NCBI GenBank assembly: GCA_003477045.1
Contig: DMTS01000159.1
Location: 3,899 to 39,168, forward strand
Length of the DNA: 35,270 bases
Direction of reading: 5' to 3'
From: Candidatus Delongbacteria bacterium
Lineage (GTDB): Bacteria; UBA4055
The translations under genes and the position numbers were made by a program. Under the pieces are notes generated by a model. That model was not told where the DNA came from, ran no database searches, and worked only from the letters and a program-made list of their open reading frames with translations. Every line of letters begins with the position of its first letter. The first letter of the stretch is position 1. Positions 1 to 8,941 of the stretch are shown here, piece after piece.

Positions 1-782
1 TTTCCTACAGCCTTCTGAAGCTTAGGCTGTGTCACTACAAAATGCTTTGCCGGGTAAATGTTTATTTTATCAAGTTTCTCGATAATATTGCCTGACACAT
101 GGTTTATGATCTCGATCTTCTCAACTTCATCCCCGAAAGTATGAATTCTTATCCCTGTGTCATCATAAGCCGGATGAATATCGATTATATCTCCTTTAAT
201 TCTGAAATTTCCGTTTGAAAGTTCATAATTATTCCTTTCATACTGCATCTCGACAATGGAATTGAACAATTTATTTCTGTCAATTATATCGCCTTTAGTA
301 ACTTCGATCGAAAGCTCTTTATAATCTTCAGGCGATCCCAGTCCGTATATACAGCTTACCGACGCGATGATAATAACATCATTTCTCGATATCAGAGATG
401 AGGTCGCTTTAAGACGCAGTTTTTCAATTTCATCATTCGAAGCGGTAGTTTTTTCGATATAAAGGTCGCGTGAAGGCATATACGCTTCAGGCTGATAGTA
501 ATCATAATAGCTGATGAAATATTCAACTGCATTCTCAGGAAAAAAAGCTTTAAGTTCTCCGTAAAGCTGCGCAGCAAGAGTTTTGTTATGAGAAATGATT
601 AAAGTCGGTTTATTAAGGTTTCTGATAACATTCGCCATCGTAAAGGTCTTACCGCTGCCTGTAACTCCCAGAAGTGTCTGATATCTTATACCCGAATTGA
701 AATTGCCGGTTATCTGATCAATAGCTTCAGGCTGATCCCCCTTGGGATTAAAAGGCGAAACAAGTTCAAAGTTCCGTTTCAT
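1..782 (-). CDS. uvrB: Excinuclease ABC subunit B, 5' part (runs off the window edge)
   Basis: Manual translation from ATG at 782 (minus strand): MKRNFELVSPFNPKGDQPEAI...QTLLGVTGSGKTFTMANVI...SHNKTLAAQLYGELKAFFPENAVEYFISYYDYYQPEAY...IIASVSCIYGLGSP. Contains Walker A and UvrB beta-hairpin motifs. Absent from the ORF track, probably because it runs off the edge. Confidence 0.97.
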   Translation of the reverse strand, partial: MKRNFELVSPFNPKGDQPEAIDQITGNFNSGIRYQTLLGVTGSGKTFTMANVIRNLNKPTLIISHNKTLAAQLYGELKAFFPENAVEYFISYYDYYQPEAYMPSRDLYIEKTTASNDEIEKLRLKATSSLISRNDVIIIASVSCIYGLGSPEDYKELSIEVTKGDIIDRNKLFNSIVEMQYERNNYELSNGNFRIKGDIIDIHPAYDDTGIRIHTFGDEVEKIEIINHVSGNIIEKLDKINIYPAKHFVVTQPKLQKAVG

Positions 783-816
783 TTTTTTTACATTCCGAAT
801 TAATTGAACGGACAGC

Positions 817-845
817 AATTTAAATATAATTAATAGATATATCAA
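817..845 (-). promoter_or_regulatory. Candidate sigma70 promoter for uvrB
   Basis: Minus strand TTGATA-N17-TAAATT, about 35 nt upstream of the ATG. AT-rich context lowers specificity. Confidence 0.4.
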
Positions 846-891
846 CTATGTAAATGAACAAAATGAAATCATTATTCGTATAAGAACGGGC

Positions 892-920
892 TTGACATTT
901 GGCTCTTCAAAAGTTAAATT
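892..920 (+). promoter_or_regulatory. Candidate sigma70 promoter for the bamA-skp operon
   Basis: TTGACA (892-897), N17, TAAATT (915-920). Confidence 0.6.
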
Positions 921-974
921 CCGCATCTGATTAATAATGTACGGAGAAACAGAATTTTGAGATACATACCGTTT

Positions 975-3302
975 ATGCTTAAATACGAATTGACCGCGCT
1001 GATCATTTTATTATTCTTTTCTGTCAGTCTGAGGGCGCAAAAAAATTCAGGTTCATTTGAAATTCTTGAAGTTGTTGTAGAAGGGACTGAAGTTTCACCT
1101 GAAGTTGTAAAGATTTCATCCGGTTTATCAAAGGGAAAAGTAATATTCGGTGAAGACATCCAAAGCGCAATAAAGAAATTATGGAAACTAAATCTTTTTT
1201 CTGATGTGGCGATAGATGTAACACAAGCTGAAACCAACAAAGTATTTCTTAAAATAATTCTGGAAGACTATCCCAGACTGAACAATGTTAAAGTAACCGG
1301 CTACGATGAGTACGGAAAAGATGATATAGAGCCTCTGATAAAACTCCAGAAAGGACAGATACTTAAAAGTAATAACATAGCTGAAGTTGAGAGAGCAATA
1401 AAAGATTTTTACAACTCTAAAAATTATCTTCTTACCGAGATTGAATCCAAGACTGAAAGAGTAAATGAAAAACAGGTTGATCTCACAATAAATATAACCG
1501 AAGGTAAGGAAATTTTTATTAAAGAGATCAGATTTTCAGAAAATGTTTTTTTTAAAAGCGATGACCTGTTAGACCGGTTCGAGGAAACTCACGAAGACAG
1601 ATGGTGGCGCGACGGAGAGTATAACAGGGAAAAATTTGAAAGCGACCTTCAGCTTATGACCGATTACGCTAAGAACAAAGGGTTCAAGGATTTTGAGGTT
1701 GTAAAGGATTCTGTTTATTATGACGAAAAAATGGAGAACATTTATATTGACATAACCGTCAATGAAGGCAATAAATACTACTTCGGGGAATCAAAGTTTG
1801 CAGGCAACAGCCTTTTTTCCGACGAGGAACTTATCGATGCTCTCGAATATGAAAGCGGTGATGAGTTCAGCACTGAAAAACTTGAAATGTCGATTTATAA
1901 TAATCTCTCCACGATGTATATGGATAAAGGTTATCTGAGAGCGAACATCATACCTGAAGAGCAGATGACAGGAACAGACACGGTTTCATACCTCTTTAAA
2001 ATAACTGAAGGAACGCGTGCAAGAATAAGAAAAATAGATTTTGAGGGAAATACAAGAACTAATGAAAAAGTTCTTCGAAGGGAAATGGATATTTACCCCG
2101 GAGACATTTTTAGTAAAACCAAGATACTAAGAAGCCAGAGAAATGCAATGATACTCAATTATTTTGAAAATGTTGTTCCCGATATGAAGCCGGTTGACGA
2201 TAAAGAAGTCGATCTAGTTTTTTCGATAAAAGAGAAACCAACTGAACAGGCACAGACTTCAATTGCTTATTCAGAAGCGGACGGATTTATCGGATCCGTC
2301 GGACTTGTCTTCAACAATTTTTCGTTCCAGCATCCTTTCGCTCAGGGTGACGGTCAGCAGCTTTCTACCAACATTGAATTCGGGAAAGATTACTATAAAT
2401 ACACTCTCAGCGTTGAAGAACCGTGGCTTTATGACACGCCGACGATGGTCGGACTGAGCGGCAACTATCAGAATCGTGATGATTCATACTCGGATACTCA
2501 GATAATCAGCGGAGTGCTTAAACTGGGCAGAAGGTTCGCATGGAGCGACAACTGGATGAGGGGTCTATGGTATTATTCTATCGACAGGATCAAATATACC
2601 AATATCAGCGATAATGCGCCTGATCAGTATGAGCTTTTCGAAGGTAAAACAATAATTTCGTCATCATTGACGGAGTATCTGATAAGAGACAGCAGGGACA
2701 GGGCTGATTTTCCTACAAGAGGCTCAAACCTGACGCTTATGACCAAACTTGCCGGCGGAATACTTGGAGGAGATGAAGAATTTCACAAACATAAGCTTGA
2801 TATGAAATGGTATCAGCCTCTGGTACAGAACAGGTTCGTTCTTTATTCTCAATTCGTTGTGGGGCTTATGGACAAACTTAAAGAATCATCATATATAAGC
2901 TCAAGAGAATATTTCTATCTCGGCGGTGGAGGGTTATCCGGTGGCGAACCGCTAAGGGGTTACGACGAAAATTCAGTCGGTCCTTACGAAAGCGGATATT
3001 TTGTAGGCGGAAGAAATCTTTTTAAAACATCATTTGAACTGAGGCTCAAACTTGTAGAAACACCGATGCTGATCTATTCCCTTGCATATTTCGATGCGGG
3101 AAATCTGTGGAGAGACTATACTGAGGTCAGTTTATTCGATCTTCGAAAAGGTGCAGGACTTGGTGTCAGGATAAATGTTCCCATGCTCGGTATGATGGGA
3201 CTTGATGTAGGTTACGGATTTGATTATTTTGAAAGTTTCGGAAAAAAAGCTGACTGGTCGGACCAGCTCAGAACCCATTTCAGAATGGGAACTAATTTAT
3301 AG
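975..3302 (+). CDS. bamA: Outer membrane protein assembly factor BamA (Omp85)
   Basis: Signal peptide, about five POTRA repeats (e.g. IRKIDFEGNTRTNEKVLRREM), a beta-barrel with the L6 motif PLRGY, and RDRADFPTRG. ATG 975 preferred over TTG 957. Confidence 0.95.
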   Translation: MLKYELTALIILLFFSVSLRAQKNSGSFEILEVVVEGTEVSPEVVKISSGLSKGKVIFGEDIQSAIKKLWKLNLFSDVAIDVTQAETNKVFLKIILEDYPRLNNVKVTGYDEYGKDDIEPLIKLQKGQILKSNNIAEVERAIKDFYNSKNYLLTEIESKTERVNEKQVDLTINITEGKEIFIKEIRFSENVFFKSDDLLDRFEETHEDRWWRDGEYNREKFESDLQLMTDYAKNKGFKDFEVVKDSVYYDEKMENIYIDITVNEGNKYYFGESKFAGNSLFSDEELIDALEYESGDEFSTEKLEMSIYNNLSTMYMDKGYLRANIIPEEQMTGTDTVSYLFKITEGTRARIRKIDFEGNTRTNEKVLRREMDIYPGDIFSKTKILRSQRNAMILNYFENVVPDMKPVDDKEVDLVFSIKEKPTEQAQTSIAYSEADGFIGSVGLVFNNFSFQHPFAQGDGQQLSTNIEFGKDYYKYTLSVEEPWLYDTPTMVGLSGNYQNRDDSYSDTQIISGVLKLGRRFAWSDNWMRGLWYYSIDRIKYTNISDNAPDQYELFEGKTIISSSLTEYLIRDSRDRADFPTRGSNLTLMTKLAGGILGGDEEFHKHKLDMKWYQPLVQNRFVLYSQFVVGLMDKLKESSYISSREYFYLGGGGLSGGEPLRGYDENSVGPYESGYFVGGRNLFKTSFELRLKLVETPMLIYSLAYFDAGNLWRDYTEVSLFDLRKGAGLGVRINVPMLGMMGLDVGYGFDYFESFGKKADWSDQLRTHFRMGTNL

Positions 3303-3327
3303 AAAAAACCAAAAGGGAGAAAATAAA

Positions 3328-3831
3328 ATGAAGAAAATGGTAACTGTAATGATGCTGATAGCGTCAATGGTGGTCTTTGCAGAGATGAAATTCGGCTATA
3401 TCAATTCAGATAAGGTTCTTGCAGAGTACAACGAAGCAAAGAAAGCGAAGGAGCAGCTTGCAAAATGGAACAAAGATATGGAAGCTAAAGCTGTAACGAT
3501 GGAAAAAGAGATACAGGCTCTGGAAGAAGAGATTAAAAACATGTCTGTGATGGTTTCGGAAGAAAAAAGGAACGAAAAGATGGCTGAAGGGCAGAAAAAA
3601 CTTCAGGAATATTACCAGTACAAAGACAAAGTGTGGGGACAGAACGGGGATTTCTACAAAAAAAATAACGAGCTTATGCAGCCTGTAATTGACAAGATCA
3701 ATCAAGTGATAAAGCAGGTCTCAGAAAAAGAAAAATACGATTTTGTATGCGACGCAAATACCGGTACGCTTCTTTATTCAAAAGCGGAATATGAAATGAC
3801 CGACAGAATAATAAAAGAATTGAATAAATAA
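3328..3831 (+). CDS. skp: OmpH/Skp periplasmic chaperone
   Basis: Signal peptide, KFGYINSDKVL, long helical tentacles and YDFVCD...LLYS...EMTDRIIKEL. Directly after bamA. ATG 3328 follows a GGGAG SD, so the ORF-track start at 3220 is too early. Confidence 0.92.
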   Translation: MKKMVTVMMLIASMVVFAEMKFGYINSDKVLAEYNEAKKAKEQLAKWNKDMEAKAVTMEKEIQALEEEIKNMSVMVSEEKRNEKMAEGQKKLQEYYQYKDKVWGQNGDFYKKNNELMQPVIDKINQVIKQVSEKEKYDFVCDANTGTLLYSKAEYEMTDRIIKELNK

Positions 3832-3849
3832 AACAGCGGGAAAATTACA

Positions 3850-5325
3850 ATGGTCAAAAAAATCAGGGTGTGTTTTCTGGTCGCAGCTATGCTGATCACG
3901 GTTTCAAGCTGCTCGAAGAAAAAAGATATGACTACAGACGAATTTATAGCTGATCTGATCAGTGATGTCGAGATCGATCTTTCAAAGATCAACAGAGAGG
4001 TCGTAGTTCAGACAGAAGCCGATAAAGCTCTTAAAAGCTACAAAGATGACTTTGTTGAGCTTCAGAAGGATATTGATTCGCTGATAGAGAAATATCCGGA
4101 TTCATATGATATGAAAGCTATAAAGATAAATATTCTGAGATCAACCAGGCAGGAAAAGGAATATGTAGATGAGCTTTATAAAAGGGACAGCCTCAAATCT
4201 CACAATCAGTTCCTGTACGGAACGAGCCTTGAACCATTCGCTGGCAAAGAATATTTTGTAAATATGATAAAGCAGAAAAAAGACGATCCGTTCGGATATC
4301 TGGGATTAGCTTTTGCGCATCTTTTCGCGAGAACAGAGGATATGCAGATACCGGCCAAACTGGCATATCTGTCAATTTTAAAAGACCATACAATCGACGA
4401 TTCATTCGAAGTATTAAGCTATCTTTTCAGATCTTTAAACAGAACTGAAGACCTTGCAATGCTGAACGGGATCATGCTTGTTAAGGATCCTTCCAGTTTG
4501 AGCGCTTTCGAGAACCTTTTCTATTACTATTATGAAAAGGTTCAGAAAGATAAAGCTAAAGATCTTCTTGAAACTTATATAAAAAATAATCCTTATATAC
4601 TTAGTAATGCTAACATAGCTGAAAGGTACATGGACCTAGAACTTAACGATTTGTCTGCTGATTATATTGCCCGTTCAAGAGCCGCAAATGAGACTGAACC
4701 GATGGCTAATTTTATTGATGCAAAGCTTAAAATTATGTCTGGAAGCATTTCAGAAGGTCTTCCGCTGCTTGAAAAATACTGCAGCGAAAACTCCGGTGAC
4801 AGAAATCTGGTTTATAGAATTACCGATGATGTATTTGTGGAAAAACTTATTAATGAAGAAAAATACAGAATCCTTTTGAAGAAGATCGAGGGTGATGCTC
4901 CGACAATCGGAGATAAATTGCCTGTTCTTCAGGGTACACTTCTTGACAGTTCTGATTTTAACGCTGCTGAATACAGCGGAAAAGTATTCCTCGTCGATTT
5001 TTGGGCGGAATGGTGCTCTCCCTGCAAAATGGAGATGCCGAATGTTATAGCCGTTTACAATGAGATGAACCCCAAAGGCTTCGAAATAATCGGCGTAAAT
5101 CTTGATGAGATCAAAGATAACGCACAGAAATATGTTAAAGAGAATCAGATAAAATGGAAGCATATCTACAGCGGTCAGGGCTGGAAAGACGAAAATGTTT
5201 CCAGTTATAAAGTTCAGGGCATCCCGGCTACATTTCTGATTGATAAAAAAGGTATTATAAGATACAAGAACATACGCGGAAAGGAACTTCTGACAGAAAA
5301 AGTGGCAAAGCTTCTATCTGAATAA
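3850..5325 (+). CDS. Lipoprotein with helical/TPR-like region and C-terminal TlpA-family thioredoxin domain
   Basis: Lipobox VSS-C. C-terminal GKVFLVDFWAEWCSPCKMEMP, IIGVNLD and GIPATFLIDKKG match TlpA/ResA-type redoxins. Confidence 0.85.
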   Translation: MVKKIRVCFLVAAMLITVSSCSKKKDMTTDEFIADLISDVEIDLSKINREVVVQTEADKALKSYKDDFVELQKDIDSLIEKYPDSYDMKAIKINILRSTRQEKEYVDELYKRDSLKSHNQFLYGTSLEPFAGKEYFVNMIKQKKDDPFGYLGLAFAHLFARTEDMQIPAKLAYLSILKDHTIDDSFEVLSYLFRSLNRTEDLAMLNGIMLVKDPSSLSAFENLFYYYYEKVQKDKAKDLLETYIKNNPYILSNANIAERYMDLELNDLSADYIARSRAANETEPMANFIDAKLKIMSGSISEGLPLLEKYCSENSGDRNLVYRITDDVFVEKLINEEKYRILLKKIEGDAPTIGDKLPVLQGTLLDSSDFNAAEYSGKVFLVDFWAEWCSPCKMEMPNVIAVYNEMNPKGFEIIGVNLDEIKDNAQKYVKENQIKWKHIYSGQGWKDENVSSYKVQGIPATFLIDKKGIIRYKNIRGKELLTEKVAKLLSE

Positions 5326-5350
5326 GTTCAGATTTCAAATCCTGAAACCA

Positions 5351-5423
5351 GCCGCTATAGCTTAGCTGGTAGAGCAATGCTTTCGTAAAGCAGAGGTCGA
5401 AGGTTCGAATCCTTTTAGCGGCA
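5351..5423 (+). tRNA. tRNA-Thr (anticodon CGT), CCA not encoded
   Basis: Cloverleaf: acceptor GCCGCTA/TAGCGGC, D arm GCTT-AGCTGGTA-GAGC, anticodon loop TT-CGT-AA, T arm GAAGG-TTCGAAT-CCTTT, discriminator A. Confidence 0.95.
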
Positions 5424-5499
5424 CAATTTTTTTGGCAGAATATACTTTTATTATATTATGGAATTCATTATATTAGCGCGATATAATATGGAGTGATTT

Positions 5500-6390
5500 A
5501 TGTTTCTATTTTCAGATTATAAAGCTTTTTCAAAAAACGGGATAAAAGATATTTTAATGGTTCTGACCGGATCGATTATAATGGCTTCAGGCTATGTATT
5601 TTTCATAGTTCCCTATAAAATTATTCCCGGCGGAGTTTACGGTATAGCAATAATCCTTCATCATACTCTGGGGCTGCCGACGGGTACAATGGGACTTATA
5701 ATGAATATACCATTAATATACTGGGGCGTAAAAGAGCTCGGTCCGAAATTCGGATGGCGAACGGTATTGGGAATGACAGTGACTTCAGGATTTATTGATC
5801 TTATAACTCTGGTCTGGGGTGACAAACCTTTGATCGAAAAGGAGCTTTTGCTCTCCGCACTCTACGGCGGTGTTCTGATCGGAACAGGTCTTGCTTTTAT
5901 ATTTAAGGCTAAAGCTACAACCGGAGGCTCGGATATTATAGCTCAGATCGCGTATAAGAGATCGAGATTACCGATGGGTCAGCTTTTGATTCTGATCGAC
6001 AGCATTGTTGTCATTGTGGCAGTTGTTGTGTTCAGAGATATAAAACTTGCTCTTTATGCAATTATAACGATATATACGACCGGGCAGGTAGTTGATTCTA
6101 TTACGGGAGGAATGAATTACCGGAAAGGAGCTTTTATTGTATCTAAGAAATACAATGAAATCGGGGATTTTATAATAAGGAAATTAAGAAGAGGAGCCAC
6201 GTATTTTCATAGTAAAGGAATTTATAAGAATGACGAAAAAGAAGTAATTTTTACTGCATTGACAAGAAGAGAACTGGCTGCTCTTCAAGAGAAGATAAGA
6301 GTAATAGATCCGGATGCGTTTATGACTATAATAGATATTAGAGATGTTAGGGGCGAAGGATTTAAACCCTTCGATGATGATTCAATTTAA
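5500..6390 (+). CDS. YitT family membrane protein (with C-terminal DUF2179-like domain)
   Basis: IIPGGVYGIAI, MNIPL, ATTGGSDIIA, RRGATYF and IDPDAFMTI...VRGEGF motifs; multiple TM segments. Confidence 0.9.
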   Translation: MFLFSDYKAFSKNGIKDILMVLTGSIIMASGYVFFIVPYKIIPGGVYGIAIILHHTLGLPTGTMGLIMNIPLIYWGVKELGPKFGWRTVLGMTVTSGFIDLITLVWGDKPLIEKELLLSALYGGVLIGTGLAFIFKAKATTGGSDIIAQIAYKRSRLPMGQLLILIDSIVVIVAVVVFRDIKLALYAIITIYTTGQVVDSITGGMNYRKGAFIVSKKYNEIGDFIIRKLRRGATYFHSKGIYKNDEKEVIFTALTRRELAALQEKIRVIDPDAFMTIIDIRDVRGEGFKPFDDDSI

Positions 6391-6408
6391 AATTATCGGA
6401 GGCGGAAA

Positions 6409-7272
6409 ATGCCTGACAGACTTATAAGAGGTATGGGAGGAAAGGAAGCAAGGTTCTTCATAGCTGATTGTACTGATCTGGTAAAAAAAGCTGCAAAGAT
6501 ACACAAACTTTCGCTGGCTAACACCCAGGTTTTGGGAAAACTTCTCTGTGCCGGCATTCTTTCAGGTGCCGATCTGAAATCGGCAAATGATGTACTTACG
6601 ATCAAAATCGACGGCGACGGTCCGTCAGGCAAAGCTATCGTTACCGTCAACAGCAGATCTCAGATCAAAGGATTGATCAGCAATCCACAGGCTGATCCGG
6701 AAGCTGATGTCAAAGGAGTGAAGTATATTGACAAGATGATGCTGGGCAAAGCTTCGATCACTATTATAAAAGATATGGGCCTTAAGAACCCCTATTCCGG
6801 CCAGACAGAGATGATATACGGAAACATCGCTCAGGACATTACCTATTACTATGCAAAATCTGAGCAGACCCCTACTTCAATCGGACTTGGTGTCCTTATA
6901 TTTCCCGACGGCAAGATCAGAAAAGCCGGAGGATTTATGGTTCAGGTTATGCCTGACTGTTCTGAAAAAACAATAGCTCAGATCGAAACTAATCTAAGGT
7001 CATTTCCAAATCTGACGGATGTGCTTGATATGGGATATTCTCTGGAGCATATAATAGAGAAAATGATCCTGAAAAATCTTGATGTAGAAATCTTTAGCAT
7101 GCCGAATCCCGTTTACAAATGCGGTTGCAGTCGAACCAAAATGAAAAATGCCGTAAAATTATTAAATGAAAAAGAGATAAAAGAATCTTTGACAGATCCT
7201 GGATATATAGAAGTAAACTGTCATTTCTGCAATAAGTCCTACAGATTTTCAAAAGAAGATCTGTTTAAATAG
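6409..7272 (+). CDS. hslO: Hsp33 redox-regulated chaperone
   Basis: GDGP, YYYAKSEQTPT, AGGFMVQVMP and the zinc centre CGCS...CHFC. Confidence 0.95.
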   Translation: MPDRLIRGMGGKEARFFIADCTDLVKKAAKIHKLSLANTQVLGKLLCAGILSGADLKSANDVLTIKIDGDGPSGKAIVTVNSRSQIKGLISNPQADPEADVKGVKYIDKMMLGKASITIIKDMGLKNPYSGQTEMIYGNIAQDITYYYAKSEQTPTSIGLGVLIFPDGKIRKAGGFMVQVMPDCSEKTIAQIETNLRSFPNLTDVLDMGYSLEHIIEKMILKNLDVEIFSMPNPVYKCGCSRTKMKNAVKLLNEKEIKESLTDPGYIEVNCHFCNKSYRFSKEDLFK

Positions 7273-7290
7273 AGTAAAACTCAAATATTT

Positions 7291-7323
7291 ATAAAAAAAA
7301 TCAGCTTGGCTGATTTTTTTTAT
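7291..7323. terminator. Intrinsic (likely bidirectional) terminator after hslO
   Basis: Perfect 15-bp inverted repeat ATAAAAAAAATCAGC-TTG-GCTGATTTTTTTTAT with A and T tracts. Confidence 0.85.
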
Positions 7324-7385
7324 TTAGGTGAATTACGAAGTGTAAATCGTGTCAAAATATTGATTTAATGAATAAAAATAAAACT

Positions 7386-7440
7386 AAATATTAAAATTGT
7401 TAATATTTTCTTGACAAGATGATAAATATTGTTTATATTT
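7386..7440. promoter_or_regulatory. Candidate operator boxes overlapping the SHOCT-operon promoter
   Basis: Inverted repeat AAATATTAA-N5-TTAATATTT at 7386-7408 and a similar 23-mer at 7418-7440 (17/23 identical by eye, shared core ATTGTTwATATTT), offset by 32 bp. Confidence 0.4.
7411..7439 (+). promoter_or_regulatory. sigma70 promoter of the SHOCT-like/DUF2089/DUF4097 operon
   Basis: TTGACA (7411-7416), N17, TATATT (7434-7439), about 30 nt upstream of the first start codon. Confidence 0.75.
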
Positions 7441-7468
7441 CCATTAGATAATCACAATGGAGGACAAA

Positions 7469-7621
7469 ATGTCAGAAAATCAGATATATCTTATTACAAA
7501 GCTTCTTAATGAAGGCATAATAACCGCTGATCAGGCTCGTGAGATGACTGAAATAGTTCTGGAAAAAGAATATTCAAGAAAACATTATGATAAAGCCCTG
7601 CAAAAAATATTTGCATATTAA
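7469..7621 (+). CDS. 50-aa small protein with SHOCT-like helical hairpin (not in the ORF track)
   Basis: GGAGG SD at 7459-7463. Translation MSENQIYLITKLLNEGIITADQAREMTEIVLEKEYSRKHYDKALQKIFAY*. The motif LLNEGIITADQA matches hairpins in three downstream proteins. Confidence 0.8.
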   Translation: MSENQIYLITKLLNEGIITADQAREMTEIVLEKEYSRKHYDKALQKIFAY

Positions 7622-7638
7622 ATAAGAAGGAGTCAATT

Positions 7639-8001
7639 ATGAAAAAGAAATTAACAGAATGCCCTGTTTGTAGTTCACAGCTAAAAGTATCCGAGTATTC
7701 CTGCGGTTCTTGTAAAACAAGGATCAAGGGTGACTTTGAACGCGATGGGGATTTCGCAGGTTTCGACAAAGAGATACTTGAATTCATCAAAGTGTTTATT
7801 TATGCTGAAGGAAGCATAAAGCAGGTTGAAAAACTGATGAACTGCTCGTATCCAAAGGTAAAAAATCTTCTAAAAAAGGCTAAAGCAGCTCTGGATATAG
7901 AAGATGAAGAAAGTGATGTTTCGGCAGAAGTAATCGAAAAATTATCTAAAGGCGAAATATCCACGGAAGAAGCTTTAAATAAATTAGCAAAAGGGAGGTA
8001 A
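7639..8001 (+). CDS. DUF2089 family protein (Zn ribbon + HTH + C-terminal SHOCT-like hairpin), putative regulator
   Basis: CPVC...CGSC ribbon; EFIKVFIYAEGSIKQVEKLMNCSYPKVKNLL HTH; KLSKGEISTEEAL tail; AAGGAG SD. Confidence 0.85.
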   Translation: MKKKLTECPVCSSQLKVSEYSCGSCKTRIKGDFERDGDFAGFDKEILEFIKVFIYAEGSIKQVEKLMNCSYPKVKNLLKKAKAALDIEDEESDVSAEVIEKLSKGEISTEEALNKLAKGR

Positions 8002-8003
8002 AA

Positions 8004-8930
8004 ATGAAGTACGATCTGAATTCAAATGAAATATCTCTGCAGATTACTTTGCTGAACAGTGATCTGGAAATTTCAGGAAGCGATCGGAATGACCTTGAGA
8101 TCGATTTTTCTGATCTGAGGAAAAATGCTGCGGACGAGATATTCGATGTTTCTTTTGAGAATAATATCCTTAAGCTATCTCAGAAGAGCAAAAAACTTTC
8201 ACAGTTCTTAAGCGGTGAAGATTATCCGGTACGTGTTTTATTGCCTAAAACAATAGCAGCAGATGTAGCAATAGACGACATAAGCGGAGATATAAAAATT
8301 TCCGGCATCGAAGCTTTATTAGGAGATGTTAAAACAAAGAGCGGGGATATAAGTATTAATGAAATCGGAAATTCCGAAGCAGACATTTCAAGCATAAGCG
8401 GCGACATATACATCAGTGCTAAAAAAGGTTCGTTAATATGCTCATCGGTTTCCGGAGATATTAAGGCCGACGAAATGGAATGCTCAAAATTGAAAGTAAA
8501 AAGCGTATCTGGCGATATAGACCTTGATTGCAGCTTCAGTCTTTTAGACGATGCTGTTCTTGGAACAGTTTCAGGAGACATTACAGTGAACTTTAAAAAA
8601 TATTCAGGAGATATGAGTATTACTTTCAAGAGCGTATCCGGCGATATCGAATTAACAGGAAACAAACCGGGTGAAGAAAAAATCCATTTGTCAAATGTAA
8701 AAGGAGATTTCTCGAATTTCAATCAATTTGATAAAATATTCAAAGGATCGTTCGGATCGGTGTTCAAGAATTTTAAAGACCACATTAAAAATGTTTCCGG
8801 GGACAGCAGTACATCCGAAATAAGAGAAACAAAGGATAAGAATCTCAACATTCAATCGATCTTAGATATGGTTGCCCATGATAAAATTACAGTAGAAGAA
8901 GCAGAAAAACTTATTAAAGCCATAAAATAA
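8004..8930 (+). CDS. DUF4097 (Toastrack-type beta-strand repeat) protein with C-terminal SHOCT-like hairpin
   Basis: Seven SGDI repeats; tail ILDMVAHDKITVEEAEKLIKAI; no signal peptide. Confidence 0.85.
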   Translation: MKYDLNSNEISLQITLLNSDLEISGSDRNDLEIDFSDLRKNAADEIFDVSFENNILKLSQKSKKLSQFLSGEDYPVRVLLPKTIAADVAIDDISGDIKISGIEALLGDVKTKSGDISINEIGNSEADISSISGDIYISAKKGSLICSSVSGDIKADEMECSKLKVKSVSGDIDLDCSFSLLDDAVLGTVSGDITVNFKKYSGDMSITFKSVSGDIELTGNKPGEEKIHLSNVKGDFSNFNQFDKIFKGSFGSVFKNFKDHIKNVSGDSSTSEIRETKDKNLNIQSILDMVAHDKITVEEAEKLIKAIK

Positions 8931-8941
8931 GGACAGATACC

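Noticed and set aside
538-550. Frameshift in uvrB at the A-tract near 540-546
   Set aside because: Manual translation stays in frame through this tract (ELKAFFPENAVEY).
783-900. LexA/SOS box upstream of uvrB (and the TGTTCA near 25062 upstream of ruvB)
   Set aside because: Only GAAC/GTTC half-sites; no complete match to the palindromic or direct-repeat LexA motifs I know.
3220-3327. Long overlap of skp with the 3' end of bamA
   Set aside because: Artefact of the earliest alternative start codon; the SD and signal peptide point to ATG 3328. The extensions at 14125 and 18321 are rejected on similar grounds.
5351-5499. tRNA-Thr as an integration site for an island
   Set aside because: No integrase, no duplicated tRNA 3' end noticed, and the downstream genes are housekeeping.
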